Numbered from the stretch's first letter, positions 1 to 10,637 are shown. The stretch is 64,000 nucleotides of DNA from Candidatus Micrarchaeota archaeon CG10_big_fil_rev_8_21_14_0_10_45_29 (GCA_002778455.1 PFCD01000016.1:2446-66445); one strand, 5' to 3'. Notes: generated from the letters alone by a model not told the origin. A program made the numbers and translations.

Positions 1-255
1 ACTTTTGCAACCTTTCTTTCCAAATTTTTCCTTACCTGCACCTTCCTTATACCTATATTTTTCCTCTCATTGCAGGATGCAATAATAGCCGGCTCAATAT
101 GGGGCATAATAATACTCTCTGCGCTAAGCTATTTTATAGCAAAAACAAAGAAAGAGAACCCTGCACAGGTAATAGGGGAGCACTTGCTTATCGCAACAAT
201 AGTGATAATCGCATCTTACTTTATAGGGGTGTGGGTTGCGGCAACCTTTAATTAA
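1..255 (+). CDS. C-terminal fragment of an integral membrane protein, open at the window edge (possibly VIT1/CCC1-like)
   Basis: Frame 1 is open from base 1 to TAA 253-255, so the TTG at 70 in the track is internal. There are two hydrophobic helices (GSIWGIIILSALSYFIA; LLIATIVIIASYFIGVWVAA). The family guess rests on pattern only. Confidence 0.4.
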   Translation, partial: TFATFLSKFFLTCTFLIPIFFLSLQDAIIAGSIWGIIILSALSYFIAKTKKENPAQVIGEHLLIATIVIIASYFIGVWVAATFN

Positions 256-264
256 AGTTTTTCT

Positions 265-870
265 TTATTTCAAAATCCTTTTCGCAACAACTTCTCCCTT
301 CTCATTTATTTCATAAACATAAGGCACTCCGGTGGGGATGTTAAGCCCAAGAACATCCTCTTTGCTTAGCTTCTCAAGGTGCATTACAATCGCGCGCAAA
401 GAATTTCCGTGCGCAGACACAAGCACATTTTCCCCCTCTTTCAAATCTTTCATTATGTGCTTTTGAAAATAAGGCAAAGCCCGCGCAGCAGTATCCTTCA
501 TGGCTTCCCCGCCCGGAGGCGCCACATCATAGCTTCTTCTCCAGACATGCACCTGCTCATCGCCGTATATCTTTCTCATTTCATCCTTGTTTTTCCCCTG
601 CAAATCCCCGTACATTCTCTCGTTTATCGCCTTGTCCTTATGCACCGGAAAATTCCAGCCATTATCCTGCATTATTATGCTTAAAGTGTCAATTGCCCTC
701 TTTAGCACGGATGTGTATGCAACATCAAAAGAAAATTCCTTTAATTTCTTTGCGCAATCATGCGCCTCCCTTACCCCTTTTTCCGAGAGCGGCACGTCCA
801 CCCAGCCGGTAAATTTATTTTCCAAATTCCACTGCGACTGCCCGTGCCTTACCAATGCAAGATATGCCAT
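265..870 (-). CDS. gpmA: 2,3-bisphosphoglycerate-dependent phosphoglycerate mutase (histidine phosphatase family)
   Basis: N-terminal LVRHGQSQWN (the RHG catalytic His motif), a later SAHGNSLRA second His motif, and a typical length of 201 aa. Confidence 0.9.
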   Translation of the reverse strand: MAYLALVRHGQSQWNLENKFTGWVDVPLSEKGVREAHDCAKKLKEFSFDVAYTSVLKRAIDTLSIIMQDNGWNFPVHKDKAINERMYGDLQGKNKDEMRKIYGDEQVHVWRRSYDVAPPGGEAMKDTAARALPYFQKHIMKDLKEGENVLVSAHGNSLRAIVMHLEKLSKEDVLGLNIPTGVPYVYEINEKGEVVAKRILK

Positions 871-943
871 GCTATAACTTTACTCCAAGCCCTTTTATTT
901 CTTTTTGAAACTACCGGGAGTTCCCAGCCTTCCATCCGAAACC

Positions 944-2161
944 TTATATTTTGAACTTAATGGATGTTCCCAGCATTCTATCTAAAGAAACCTTATATGA
1001 TACGTTTGCCTCTGCCACCTCGTTATAATAAAAAATAAGGGCATCCAAAACCTCGCAATAATATTTTAGGTATTTTGCATTATTCAATGCCGACCCGGAG
1101 ATGGAAAAACCGCCCTTTTCCTCAACAAACGATCTTAGCAGGCTTGAAATAGTAAAATAATCCAGCATTTTGCCAAATTTATCTTTATCTTCAGCTTCGG
1201 ATATGTATTTGCTGTAAATTTCCGCAGATTCATCATCCACAAGCTTTACAATTTCTATCGCGATAGGCTCATAACCATCAAGGTTTTTTTTAAGAAACTC
1301 ATCCCTTCCGGCAATCCCCTCTTTTCCAGAAAATCCGGATACGGAATTCAAATATCCCTCCCTCTCATTTTCAAACCCGAATATTTTTTCATAATATTTT
1401 CTGTCTTTTTCCGGCATCTCTTTCATGCCGCTTTTTATTGCATTATATGCCGAAAGAAAAGTGTTCTCATTTTTTTCAAATATTTTTTCCACTTTTCCCT
1501 CAAGCCCGTAAATTTCATCTTTTGGCACATCTTCATATTCGCTCCAGCTTCTTTTTTGCGTGCCTGTTAACGTTTTCTCCAGCAAAAATTCAGATTTTAT
1601 AAACACCTGCGCCCTTCCCGGCAAATACACAACAGCCTGTGCATGGTCCGCTTTTTCATCATCATTTATTGATACTGCCGCAAGCTTTGCATTAACTGCG
1701 TATTTGGCGCAAAGCTGGATAAAAAGATAAGAGAGGGTGTCGCAGTCAAGGTATTTGTAATAAAGCCCGGTTGCCGGAGAGGCGGTGGGCGCGAATTTTA
1801 TTTCATTTTCATTCAATGCATAGGCAAACGCCTCAACCATAATGTCATGCAGCATCCTGCCGCCTTTTCCGGGCATAGGGGTTTGAAACAGCAGCAGTTT
1901 TGCCTTTTCATCAAAATCTTTTTCAATATCGCGAAACGTTTCAAAGCTCACCTTTGCAAACTCATTTATTTTATCTGTGGCTTTTGGAAAAAACAGCTTT
2001 TTCAACGCCAAGTCCGAGAGCACGCAGGTTCCAAATCCCCCTCCCGCCAGCCTCTCAATTCCCTCAATTCTGCCCAAACTATTTTCCAAAAACCCTAAGC
2101 CATACTGGCTCAAAATCCCCCGCAATCTCCCCCCCTCTGCCATTCTCTCCATATCTCTCAT
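944..2161 (-). CDS. hypothetical protein (405 aa)
   Basis: Long ORF with normal composition. The antisense ORFs across it are low-complexity. I recognise no motif. Confidence 0.6.
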   Translation of the reverse strand: MRDMERMAEGGRLRGILSQYGLGFLENSLGRIEGIERLAGGGFGTCVLSDLALKKLFFPKATDKINEFAKVSFETFRDIEKDFDEKAKLLLFQTPMPGKGGRMLHDIMVEAFAYALNENEIKFAPTASPATGLYYKYLDCDTLSYLFIQLCAKYAVNAKLAAVSINDDEKADHAQAVVYLPGRAQVFIKSEFLLEKTLTGTQKRSWSEYEDVPKDEIYGLEGKVEKIFEKNENTFLSAYNAIKSGMKEMPEKDRKYYEKIFGFENEREGYLNSVSGFSGKEGIAGRDEFLKKNLDGYEPIAIEIVKLVDDESAEIYSKYISEAEDKDKFGKMLDYFTISSLLRSFVEEKGGFSISGSALNNAKYLKYYCEVLDALIFYYNEVAEANVSYKVSLDRMLGTSIKFKI

Positions 2162-2223
2162 AAGGGTTCAATTGATGCGAGTTATATAAACCTTTTTTGC
2201 CAAAGTTAATACGGGGGATAAAG

Positions 2224-3165
2224 ATGCCTGATTCTGATTATGATGTTGCAATAATAGGCGCAGGATGCGCAGGGCTTGGCGCAGGCATGTATGCCGGGCG
2301 CTTTGGGCTAAAAACCGTTGTTTTAGGGGAGCTTCCAGGAGGCACAATCACACAGACGCACCTTGTTGAAAATTACCCTGCCTTCACCTCCATTTCAGGG
2401 CTGGAGCTTGGCACAAAATTGCTTGAGCACGCAAAGGCAAGCGATGCGCAGGTAAACATGGAAAAAGTGATGGATATAGAAAAGGAGAAAGACGGCTCAT
2501 TTCACATAAAAACAGACACTGCAAATTACAGCGCAAAAGCAATAATAATAGCAACAGGCACTGAATGGAAAAAGCTTGGCGTGCCCGGAGAGGCGGAATT
2601 TGCGAACAAAGGGGTGCATTACTGCGCCCTTTGCGACGGCGGCTTTTACAAGGGGAAAAAAATAGCGGTTGTGGGAAGCGGGGACTCTGCGGTAAAAGAA
2701 TCCCTTTTATTGGCAGAATTCGGAAGCGAGGTAAATATTTTGGTGCGCGGGGACAAAATAAAGGGCGAGCCGATTAACAACAAGCGCGCCATGGAAAATA
2801 AAAAAATAAAAATATTCACAAACGTGGAAGTGGAAGAAATTATAGGAGAAGAGAAAGTCACAAAATTGCGCCTTACCCGCCCTATCTCTGCGCAGGAGGG
2901 CGCGCCAAAAAGCGACGAGCTTGAAACAGACGCCGTATTTGTAATGGTGGGGCACTTGGCAAAAACCGAGCTTGCCTCCAAATTGGGCGTAAACTTAAGC
3001 CCAAAAGGGGAAATAATAATAGACAAAATGTCAAAAACAAATGTTGAGGGCATATTTGCAGCGGGCGACTGCTGCGACACAGCTTTCAAGCAGGCGATAA
3101 TTTCAGCCGCCGAAGGGGTGAGCGCCGCCTTTTCTGCAAACGAATACATAAGGCGCAAAGGCTAA
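2224..3165 (+). CDS. trxB: thioredoxin-disulfide reductase
   Basis: DVAIIGAGCAGLGAG FAD-binding GxGxxG, redox-active CALC (CxxC), and VVGSGDSA NADPH site. The ATG at 2224 follows GGGGGATAAAG, so I prefer it to the TTG at 2197. Confidence 0.9.
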   Translation: MPDSDYDVAIIGAGCAGLGAGMYAGRFGLKTVVLGELPGGTITQTHLVENYPAFTSISGLELGTKLLEHAKASDAQVNMEKVMDIEKEKDGSFHIKTDTANYSAKAIIIATGTEWKKLGVPGEAEFANKGVHYCALCDGGFYKGKKIAVVGSGDSAVKESLLLAEFGSEVNILVRGDKIKGEPINNKRAMENKKIKIFTNVEVEEIIGEEKVTKLRLTRPISAQEGAPKSDELETDAVFVMVGHLAKTELASKLGVNLSPKGEIIIDKMSKTNVEGIFAAGDCCDTAFKQAIISAAEGVSAAFSANEYIRRKG

Positions 3166-3950
3166 TTTTCCTCTACTGCTCTATTTATCATTCTGTGTAG
3201 TTTTCCTGCCAATTCTTTTATTTCCGGCAAATCCTTTTTGATGCTAATATAAGTCAACGCAAAAAGGGAAAAGTTCAGCACAGCAAGCGTTGCAAAAAGA
3301 ATTTCCTGCGGATAAGCATATTGCATCCCTGAGGCAACGCCTGATGCGATTATGGCATCAATGCCGGCTATCAGTGCATCTGCAACCACAAGCCCACAAA
3401 ACAAACTTATTTTTTCATCCGGCATATTCTGCCATATGTGCATTCTCACAAGCTTTTCCTTCATGCCCAGCAATTTGAGCTCGCGCTTTTCTTGCCTGTC
3501 CAAAAATTTTCTCTCTTCGGCAAGCGCATCTCTGGCAATTTTCTTTAATTCCTGCTCCCCTTCAAAAAATGGCATGTCTGTCCCATAGCCCAAAAATTTC
3601 CTGCACTCTTCAAGCTCCTCCCTCTCAAGCATGTATTTTTTGGAAATATAATCCCTCAATTCGCCTGCCTTATGCCCAAGCTCCGCCTCTTTTGCATCAT
3701 ATTCTGCCTCCAAAAGAAGGGATATCTTTGAGAAAGCGTTTTTCTCAATATCTCTTTTTCTCTCCTCAGTTGCCTTGCGGTAGCCCTCAAACCCCATCAA
3801 AACCTTTTTCAAATGCTTCTCCCGCACCTTAAGCTCCGGGTGCCTCATAAGCTTAATAAGGGAAAAAACAGGCATTTTCACAGGCGTATTTTTTTGTATT
3901 TTTTGCATATCTCTATTTGAGCCGATAGGTTTAAATACTTGTATTTCCAT
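3162..3950 (-). CDS. hypothetical coiled-coil protein with C-terminal transmembrane segments
   Basis: 262-aa ORF. The N-terminal two-thirds are charged and heptad-like (EERKRDIEKN..., KFLDRQEKRELKLL), followed by hydrophobic helices (LFCGLVVADALIAGIDAIIASGVA; LFATLAVLNFSLFALTYISI). Confidence 0.55.
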   Translation of the reverse strand: MEIQVFKPIGSNRDMQKIQKNTPVKMPVFSLIKLMRHPELKVREKHLKKVLMGFEGYRKATEERKRDIEKNAFSKISLLLEAEYDAKEAELGHKAGELRDYISKKYMLEREELEECRKFLGYGTDMPFFEGEQELKKIARDALAEERKFLDRQEKRELKLLGMKEKLVRMHIWQNMPDEKISLFCGLVVADALIAGIDAIIASGVASGMQYAYPQEILFATLAVLNFSLFALTYISIKKDLPEIKELAGKLHRMINRAVEEN

Positions 3951-4159
3951 TATATATAACGTTCACACCTTTTATTTTATTATTTCAAGTGTTAGAATGT
4001 TTTTTGGCAAACATGCCTTTTTTCTTGCATCGGAAAAACGCAAGTATTCATAAAAAAGGCGGTGGGTTTAAATATTTTCCCAAATACAGAAACTAGGGCG
4101 AATCCCTTTTTCTAAAATGCATTAACCTGAAAAGTTAATGCTGTTTAACGGTGGGTTAT

Positions 4160-4804
4160 ATGGATAGGCAAATGCCAAAAGAATATGAGAATGCGCTAAA
4201 AACAGGCACAACTACGGTGGGGCTTGTTTGCAGCGACGGTGTGGTGCTCGCCTCTGACAGGCGCGCAACAATGGGGCACTTTATCGCATCAAAAGATGTG
4301 CAAAAAATATTTGATATAGATGAAAATTTGGCAATGACTGTCGCAGGCTCTGTAGCCGACGCGCAGGCGCTTGTAAGGATGCTAAAGGCAGAATCGCGCC
4401 TTTACAGGCTAAAATACGGCAAAGACATGAAAGCAAAAAACGCCGCCGCCCTGCTTGCAAACATGATGTTTCAATACAAGTTTTTCCCATACTGGGTGCA
4501 GCTAATAGTGGCGGGAAAAGAAGAGGATGGCTTTGGCGTTTACTCAATAGACGCCTTGGGCGGCACAACCGCAGAAACCTGCACCTCCACAGGCTCCGGC
4601 TCGCCGGTGGCATACGGGGTGCTTGAGAGCAATTACAAGGAAGGCTCAACAGTGAAGGATATGGTGCCAATTGCCGCCAAAGCCATTTCAATGGCAATGA
4701 AGCGAGACTCTGCCACAGGCGAATCCGTTGATGTGATAACAATCACAAAGAGCGGCTTCAAGCGCCTTGAAAAAGAGGACGTAAAGAAACTTGTAGAATC
4801 CTGA
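4160..4804 (+). CDS. psmB: proteasome subunit beta (with short propeptide)
   Basis: ALKTG/TTTVGLVCSDGVVLASDRRATMG is the canonical Thr1 processing site and beta-subunit core. The ATG at 4160 is preceded by GGTGGG; the track GTG at 4151 is less likely. Confidence 0.9.
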   Translation: MDRQMPKEYENALKTGTTTVGLVCSDGVVLASDRRATMGHFIASKDVQKIFDIDENLAMTVAGSVADAQALVRMLKAESRLYRLKYGKDMKAKNAAALLANMMFQYKFFPYWVQLIVAGKEEDGFGVYSIDALGGTTAETCTSTGSGSPVAYGVLESNYKEGSTVKDMVPIAAKAISMAMKRDSATGESVDVITITKSGFKRLEKEDVKKLVES

Positions 4805-4981
4805 ATATTTATTTTTTTATAAAAAGTTTTTAGGCAAACTTAGGGGATTTTTAAGGCGATAACACAATTTGCATAATGAAATAAGGCGAAAAAATGCATA
4901 AAATAAATTTTTGCGCAAGGCAACAGGGCAAAAGCTCCTATTAATATTAACAAATGAATTTTTGAAAAACGAGGAAATGAA

Positions 4982-6874
4982 ATGGAATTAAAAGAAATAG
5001 AGAAAAAAGTAACCGAACTTGTGCCAAAAGAGTGCAAGCTTGCAAAAATAGAGGCAGAAGGCCTTGACGTCGTAATTTACCTAAAAGACATAAAGGCATT
5101 TTACTCAAACGAGCAGCTTATTAGAAAAATCGCAGGCACATTGAGAAAAAGAGTGCTTATCCGCTCAGACTCATCCTCTCTTGCGCCTGTAGAGGAGGCT
5201 CTAAAGGCAATAAAAGACACAATACCCGAGGACGCAGGAGTGAGCGAGGTAAATTTCTCCCCCGAATTCTGCGAGGTAATAATAGAGGCCCTAAAGCCCG
5301 GCTTGGTAATTGGAAAAGGCGGGCAGACGCTAAGGGCGATAATAGAGAAAACCGGCTGGGCGCCCCAAGTGGTAAGAAAGCCCACGATGCCTTCATCCAC
5401 AATAAAAGGAATAAGAAAATCCCTCCTAAAGGATGCGCCAGCACGCAAAAAATTCCTAAACCAGCTGGGAAAGAAAATATGCTCATCACCTGTAAAATCC
5501 GACTGGGTAAAAGTAACCGCTTTAGGCGGTTTCAAAGAGGTAGGGCGCTCATGCTCGCTTGTGGAAACCCCGCATTCCAAAATTTTAATTGACTGCGGAA
5601 TAAACCCCGAGACTTTTGAGCCAACAAAAGCATACCCATACCTCAACTCAATGAATATAGAGCTTGAGAAGCTTGATGCCGTAATACTTACGCACGCGCA
5701 CCTTGACCACAGCGGTTTTATCCCTTATTTATTTGCTTACGGATACAAGGGGCCTGTGTATTGCACCCCGCCGACGCGCGATTTAATCGCTTTGCTGCAA
5801 ATGGATTTGCTAAATGTGATGGCAAAAAACAACGAGGGAAAAGCTCCATACACCACAAAAGACATACAGCACGAGCTTGCGCACGTAATTACATTTAACT
5901 ACGGAGAAGTGATGGACATCACTCCGGAAGTAAAACTAACCTTTTACAATGCAGGGCATATCTTAGGCTCTGCGCAGGCTCACCTTCACATAGGAGACGG
6001 GCTTCACAACGTGGTGTTCGGGGGCGACATAAAATACGGCTTTACAAAATTATTTGACCAGGCAACCACACAATTCCCGCGCATAGAAACCTTATTCATG
6101 GAATCCACGTACGGGGGAAGAAACGACGTATCCCCAAACCGTTTTGACACAGACAAGCATCTTGTGCAATTTATCAAAACCGTAATAAAAAGAAACGGCA
6201 AAGTGCTTATCCCCGTATTCTCCGTCGGGCGCTCGCAGGAGCTTATGCTTGTGCTTGAGGAAATGTGCGCAAAAGACCCTGAAATGAATTTCCCGGTATA
6301 TATTGACGGAATGGTATTGGAAGCATCTGCAATACACACCGCATACCCTGAGTATTTGCGCCACAATGTGCAAAGAAGAATTCTTTCCAACGACTCCCCA
6401 TTCGAGTCAAAAATATTTATTCCTGCAAAAGGGGACCGCAAGGATATAGTGGAAGGCGAGCCATGCGTTATACTCGCCCCGTCCGGAATGATGACCGGCG
6501 GGCCTGTGCTTGAATATTTGCGCCTTATGGCAGGCGAGGCAAAAAACGCCCTTGTATTCGTAGGATACCAATCCGCACTTTCAATGGGAAGAAAAATACA
6601 GCGCGGGCTAAAAGACGTTCCCACTGTTGGGGATGACGGGCGCTCGCACACCATGCGCATAAACATGGAAGTGACAACTGTGGAGGGCTATTCCGGGCAC
6701 TCGGACAGGGCTCAGCTTATAAAATATGTAAGAAACATCCGCCCGCCCCCCGAGAGAATATTCACAGGGCACGGGGATGAGAATAAATGCGATGATTTGG
6801 CAAGAAGCATCTCGCGCATGATGAGAATAGACGCGCGCGCGCCCATGGATTTGGACACCATACGCCTAAAATAG
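4982..6874 (+). CDS. aCPSF1-type KH-domain / metallo-beta-lactamase / beta-CASP ribonuclease (archaeal transcription termination/RNA processing factor)
   Basis: N-terminal KH GxxG (VIGKGGQTLRAIIEKTGW), the HAHLDHSG metallo-beta-lactamase motif, and a length of 630 aa typical of aCPSF1. Confidence 0.9.
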   Translation: MELKEIEKKVTELVPKECKLAKIEAEGLDVVIYLKDIKAFYSNEQLIRKIAGTLRKRVLIRSDSSSLAPVEEALKAIKDTIPEDAGVSEVNFSPEFCEVIIEALKPGLVIGKGGQTLRAIIEKTGWAPQVVRKPTMPSSTIKGIRKSLLKDAPARKKFLNQLGKKICSSPVKSDWVKVTALGGFKEVGRSCSLVETPHSKILIDCGINPETFEPTKAYPYLNSMNIELEKLDAVILTHAHLDHSGFIPYLFAYGYKGPVYCTPPTRDLIALLQMDLLNVMAKNNEGKAPYTTKDIQHELAHVITFNYGEVMDITPEVKLTFYNAGHILGSAQAHLHIGDGLHNVVFGGDIKYGFTKLFDQATTQFPRIETLFMESTYGGRNDVSPNRFDTDKHLVQFIKTVIKRNGKVLIPVFSVGRSQELMLVLEEMCAKDPEMNFPVYIDGMVLEASAIHTAYPEYLRHNVQRRILSNDSPFESKIFIPAKGDRKDIVEGEPCVILAPSGMMTGGPVLEYLRLMAGEAKNALVFVGYQSALSMGRKIQRGLKDVPTVGDDGRSHTMRINMEVTTVEGYSGHSDRAQLIKYVRNIRPPPERIFTGHGDENKCDDLARSISRMMRIDARAPMDLDTIRLK

Positions 6875-6886
6875 TATTTTAAATGC

Positions 6887-7072
6887 ATGAAGAGTGTGTT
6901 TTGCATGGGGCTTGAGAAATTATTTTTGAAAGGTGTGGGCACCGCTGCACAGGCAGGGGGGGCTGTAGCAGGGTATCTGGCGTTTACAGGAAATGATGTA
7001 ATGATGGGCCCGAGCATTATGGGGATTGGCGCAGGCACCGCGCTTAACCTGGCTGCAGAGTATTTTGAATGA
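6887..7072 (+). CDS. small Gly/Ala-rich hypothetical protein (61 aa)
   Basis: It fills the gap between aCPSF1 and metG. It has an ATG start and a hydrophobic/Gly-rich sequence (GVGTAAQAGGAVAGYLAF...MGIGAGTALNLAA). There is no other support. Confidence 0.3.
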   Translation: MKSVFCMGLEKLFLKGVGTAAQAGGAVAGYLAFTGNDVMMGPSIMGIGAGTALNLAAEYFE

Positions 7073-7132
7073 TTTTTTTGAGTTTCTTTCCCATGCCCCG
7101 TGTTTTAATCCTTTTGCACCAAATTTATATTT

Positions 7133-9340
7133 ATGAAAAAGATTCTCATCACCTCCGCTTTGCCTTATGTAAATAATGTGCCTCATTTAGGCAACATAAT
7201 AGGCTGCGTTCTCTCGGCAGATGTTTTTGCAAGATATTGCCGCCTTAAGGGGTATGAAACTCTTTATGTGTGCGGCACAGATGAATACGGCACAGCAACA
7301 GAGGCAAAGGCAATAGAGGAAAAATGCACCCCAAAGGAAATATGCGACAAATACAGCCAAATTCACAGGGAAATATACGAATGGTTCAATATTTCCACGG
7401 ATGTATTCGGGCGCACAAGCACAAAGCTTCACAGCGCGCTTGTGCAAAAAATATTTTTGCAGCTTTATGAAAATAATATGCTTATCGAAAAAGAAGTAGA
7501 GCAGCCATATGATGAGAAGCTTGGCATGTTTTTGGCAGATAGGTATATTAGCGGCATTTGCCCTTATTGCGCAAGCGAGGATGCGCGCGCAGACCAGTGC
7601 GACAAATGCGGCAAATTGCTCACTTATTCAGAATTAAAGAGCCCAAAAAGCAAATTAAGCGGAGCAAAGCCCATTTTGCGCATAAGCCGCCATCTTTTCC
7701 TGAATTTGCAAAAATCACAAGCCCCTCTTGAGAAATGGATAAAAGAAATAGAAAAAGAGGGAAGATGGAGCGCAAACACAATAGCAATTGCAAACTCATG
7801 GCTAAAGGAGGGATTGCACGCAAGAAGCATCACCCGCGATTTGAAATGGGGCGTGCCTGTGCCGCTAAAAGGATGGGAGAAAAAAGTTCTTTATGTGTGG
7901 TTTGATGCGCCAATAGGGTATATGTCAATCACACAAAGCATGGTATCTGATTATATGAAATGGTGGGGCGGGGATGAAAATGTGCATCACTATGAATTTA
8001 TCGGCAAAGACAATGTGCCCTTTCATGCAATAACTTTTCCCGCAACCCTGCTTGGCACAGGAAAAAAATACACTCTCCCCCACTACATCTCCTCAACAGA
8101 ATTCCTAAATTACGAGAGCGGCAAATTCTCAAAGTCGCGCGGCGTGGGCGTCTTTGGAAACGATGCCAAAAATTCGGGAATTCCGGCGGATGCATGGCGC
8201 TATTACTTAATTTCCAACCGCCCGGAAACAGCAGACACCATCTTTTCATGGGATGACTTTGGAAAAAAAATAAATAACGAGCTTTTGGCAAACTTTGCAA
8301 ACCTTGCAAACCGCACTCTTGTATTTTTGCAAAATAATTTTGAAGGAGTGGTGCCTTCTGTGCAATTTACGCAGGAGGATAGGGAATTTGCGGATGCGCA
8401 AAGGGTAAAAATCGCAAAAATAGATTCCCTTCTCTCGCAGGTGAAATTGCGCGCAGCAATAGCAGAATTCATGTCCGCCTCGGCTGCGGCAAACGCATAC
8501 TTTCAGGCAAACGAGCCATGGAAAAAAATAAAAGAGGACAAACAAAGGGCGGGCACGGTGCTAAACATGCTCATAAACCAAATATGCGATTTGGCGATAG
8601 TGTGCCAGCCGTTTATGCCCTCATTTTCGCAGGCGCTTTTCAGCCAGCTAAACATTTCCCCTAAAAAATGGGATGAGGCAGGCAAATTAACAATAAAAGA
8701 GGGGCACAAAACAGGAAAACCCGCGCACCTTCTCTCCCCGATAGAGAAAAAAACCCTCGATGCTTTCAAAAAGCAATTTGCAGGAAAGCAAAAAGAAATG
8801 GAAAAAAATAAAAAAAACAATCCAAGCACTTCGAAGCAAAAAGGCGGCGAAAAAGAAAAAGTTTCCCCTCTTGCATTGGAGGATTTGCAGCTTGAAGTGG
8901 GGTTAATTGAGGATGTAAAAAAGCACCCTGACGCGCAAAAGCTCTATATTGAAAAAGTCCTTCTCTCAGGGGGGGAAATAAGGCAGGTATGCTCGGGGCT
9001 TGTGCCGTATTTGGAAGAAAACGAGCTTCTTGCAAAAACCTGCATCATTGTAAAAAACCTAAAATTTGCCAAATTGCGGGGGGTGGAAAGCCAGGGAATG
9101 GTGCTGGCTGCGCAAAGCGGAGAAGAGCTGGAGCTTGTCTCCCCGGATGCGGTTGCGGGGGCAAAAATAGAATTTGAGGGCATAAGCGCACCGGAGAAGC
9201 CGCGCGAGATAAGCATAGATGAATTTTTCACAATCTCTTTAGAGGCAAAGAACGGAATCCTTTATGCCAACGGAAAAAAGCTTCTCATAAGTGGCAAGCC
9301 GGTAAAATTAAGCAAATTAAAAAACGCGAAAATAAGCTAA
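7133..9340 (+). CDS. metG: methionine--tRNA ligase with C-terminal tRNA-binding (Trbp111/EMAPII-like) domain
   Basis: PYVNNVPHLGN (HIGH-type), KFSKSRG (KMSKS), zinc knuckle CPYCASEDARADQCDKCG, a Lys-rich linker, then an OB-like tail (KLYIEKVLLSGGEIRQVCSGL...VESQGMVLAA). Confidence 0.92.
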   Translation: MKKILITSALPYVNNVPHLGNIIGCVLSADVFARYCRLKGYETLYVCGTDEYGTATEAKAIEEKCTPKEICDKYSQIHREIYEWFNISTDVFGRTSTKLHSALVQKIFLQLYENNMLIEKEVEQPYDEKLGMFLADRYISGICPYCASEDARADQCDKCGKLLTYSELKSPKSKLSGAKPILRISRHLFLNLQKSQAPLEKWIKEIEKEGRWSANTIAIANSWLKEGLHARSITRDLKWGVPVPLKGWEKKVLYVWFDAPIGYMSITQSMVSDYMKWWGGDENVHHYEFIGKDNVPFHAITFPATLLGTGKKYTLPHYISSTEFLNYESGKFSKSRGVGVFGNDAKNSGIPADAWRYYLISNRPETADTIFSWDDFGKKINNELLANFANLANRTLVFLQNNFEGVVPSVQFTQEDREFADAQRVKIAKIDSLLSQVKLRAAIAEFMSASAAANAYFQANEPWKKIKEDKQRAGTVLNMLINQICDLAIVCQPFMPSFSQALFSQLNISPKKWDEAGKLTIKEGHKTGKPAHLLSPIEKKTLDAFKKQFAGKQKEMEKNKKNNPSTSKQKGGEKEKVSPLALEDLQLEVGLIEDVKKHPDAQKLYIEKVLLSGGEIRQVCSGLVPYLEENELLAKTCIIVKNLKFAKLRGVESQGMVLAAQSGEELELVSPDAVAGAKIEFEGISAPEKPREISIDEFFTISLEAKNGILYANGKKLLISGKPVKLSKLKNAKIS

Positions 9341-9497
9341 TTAAAAATAAAGGCGCAAAATCAAATAAGACAAAAGTGCAAAAAACGCAAAAAAATAAAA
9401 AACAAAAAATTAAGCCAATTAAAAATAAGGCAAGAGAATAAAAACAAGCTAAAAAGCAAGGGAACAAAAAAGGAAAATAATATAAAAAAATAAAAGT

Positions 9498-10610
9498 TTA
9501 TTTTTGCACAAATATTGTCTGAGTCGGATATGCAAACTCTATTTTCTCTTTTGCAAAAGCCTTTGCAATAGCCAAATTTATCTCCTGCTGGGTGTCCATA
9601 TATTTTACATAATCGCGCGAGAGCACATAATAAACTATTGTGTATTCAAGCGCAGAATCAGCAAACTTTGAGAAATGGCACCTGTCAAACTTTGAGAGCT
9701 TAACATCATCGATTATCTTTTTGACTATTTTAGGTATTTTCTCAAGCTTTGCAGGGCTTGTCTGGTATGTCACCCCGATTCTAAAATCTATGCGCCTGTT
9801 GTTCATCCTCTTGAAGTTGTTTATGCGGGTGTTTGTAAGCTCTTTGTTTGATATCACTATTTCCTCTCCGCGAAGCGCCTGTATCCTTGTTGACTTTATG
9901 CCGATGCTTTTCACAGTTCCCTCATCAGGCCCCACCATCACATAGTCGCCCACCTTGAAAGGCTTGTCAAAGTAAATAGAGAAGGATGCGAAAATGTCCC
10001 CTAAAATGCTTTGCAGCCCGAATGCAATCGCAATGCCTCCAACTCCTGCCCCTGCGACAAGGGGGGTGATGTCAAGACCAATATTTCCCAAAAACAGAAG
10101 AAGCGCAAATGCCCATATTATAACCTTCACTATTTTGCCGGAGAGCTTTATGAGAGAAACATCCTCGTTTTTTCCCTCATCCTTCTGCCTCTCCCTTATC
10201 AGGTGCCCTACTCCATAATCAACAAGTTTGCCCACCCCCTTCACCGCATAATAAACTATGCTTATAAGAAGCAGGTAATTTATCACAAGCAAAACCGGCG
10301 AGCCGGCAGCCAGCTCCAAAAACCAGGTGGCAACATATGATGAAAAAAAGAAATAAAACGGCGCCCCTACACCGTCAAGAATTTCCACAAGGGTGTCATC
10401 AAGCTTATTGGCTGTCTTTTTTGCAAGCTTTTTGAGGTTTCCCACCAAAAGCATTTTTATCAAATTAAGGGCGGCAAATGTTATGAAAAATACTGCAATG
10501 GCAAGCCCATAGTCTGCATATAATTCAGGGTTCTGCAAATCCGAGAGGTTTATCCCTATCCCATTAAGAATGTTATTCATATTTTCCACCGGCCCAATTC
10601 CAAAATCCAT
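9498..10610 (-). CDS. small-conductance mechanosensitive channel (MscS family)
   Basis: N-terminal TM helices followed by the MscS core GGIAIAFGLQSILGDIFASFSIYFDKPFKVGDYV and a beta-domain. Confidence 0.85.
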   Translation of the reverse strand: MDFGIGPVENMNNILNGIGINLSDLQNPELYADYGLAIAVFFITFAALNLIKMLLVGNLKKLAKKTANKLDDTLVEILDGVGAPFYFFFSSYVATWFLELAAGSPVLLVINYLLLISIVYYAVKGVGKLVDYGVGHLIRERQKDEGKNEDVSLIKLSGKIVKVIIWAFALLLFLGNIGLDITPLVAGAGVGGIAIAFGLQSILGDIFASFSIYFDKPFKVGDYVMVGPDEGTVKSIGIKSTRIQALRGEEIVISNKELTNTRINNFKRMNNRRIDFRIGVTYQTSPAKLEKIPKIVKKIIDDVKLSKFDRCHFSKFADSALEYTIVYYVLSRDYVKYMDTQQEINLAIAKAFAKEKIEFAYPTQTIFVQK

Positions 10611-10637
10611 TATTATCCCCCAACCTTTTCTTCAGCT

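Noticed and set aside
944-2161. Possible transglutaminase-like Cys...His signature (GFGTCVLSDLA ... DHAQAVVYLPG) in the 405-aa hypothetical protein
   Set aside because: The Cys-to-His distance (about 127 aa) is far longer than in the family as I remember it, and no third catalytic residue is evident. I leave it as hypothetical.
6004-6666. 220-aa ORF antisense to aCPSF1, and similar ORFs antisense to metG, trxB, lig, P-type ATPase, pepN and proS
   Set aside because: Each lies wholly inside a motif-supported gene on the opposite strand. I treat them as shadow ORFs.
9341-9497. 157-nt A-rich spacer between convergent metG and mscS, with the repeated strings AATTAAAAATAA(A)GG and GCAAAAAACGCAAAA also seen at 21083
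   Set aside because: The sequence is extremely low-complexity. On the minus strand it is simply a long T-rich terminator region for the MscS gene, and the similarity to the 21080-21219 spacer is within chance for A-rich DNA.
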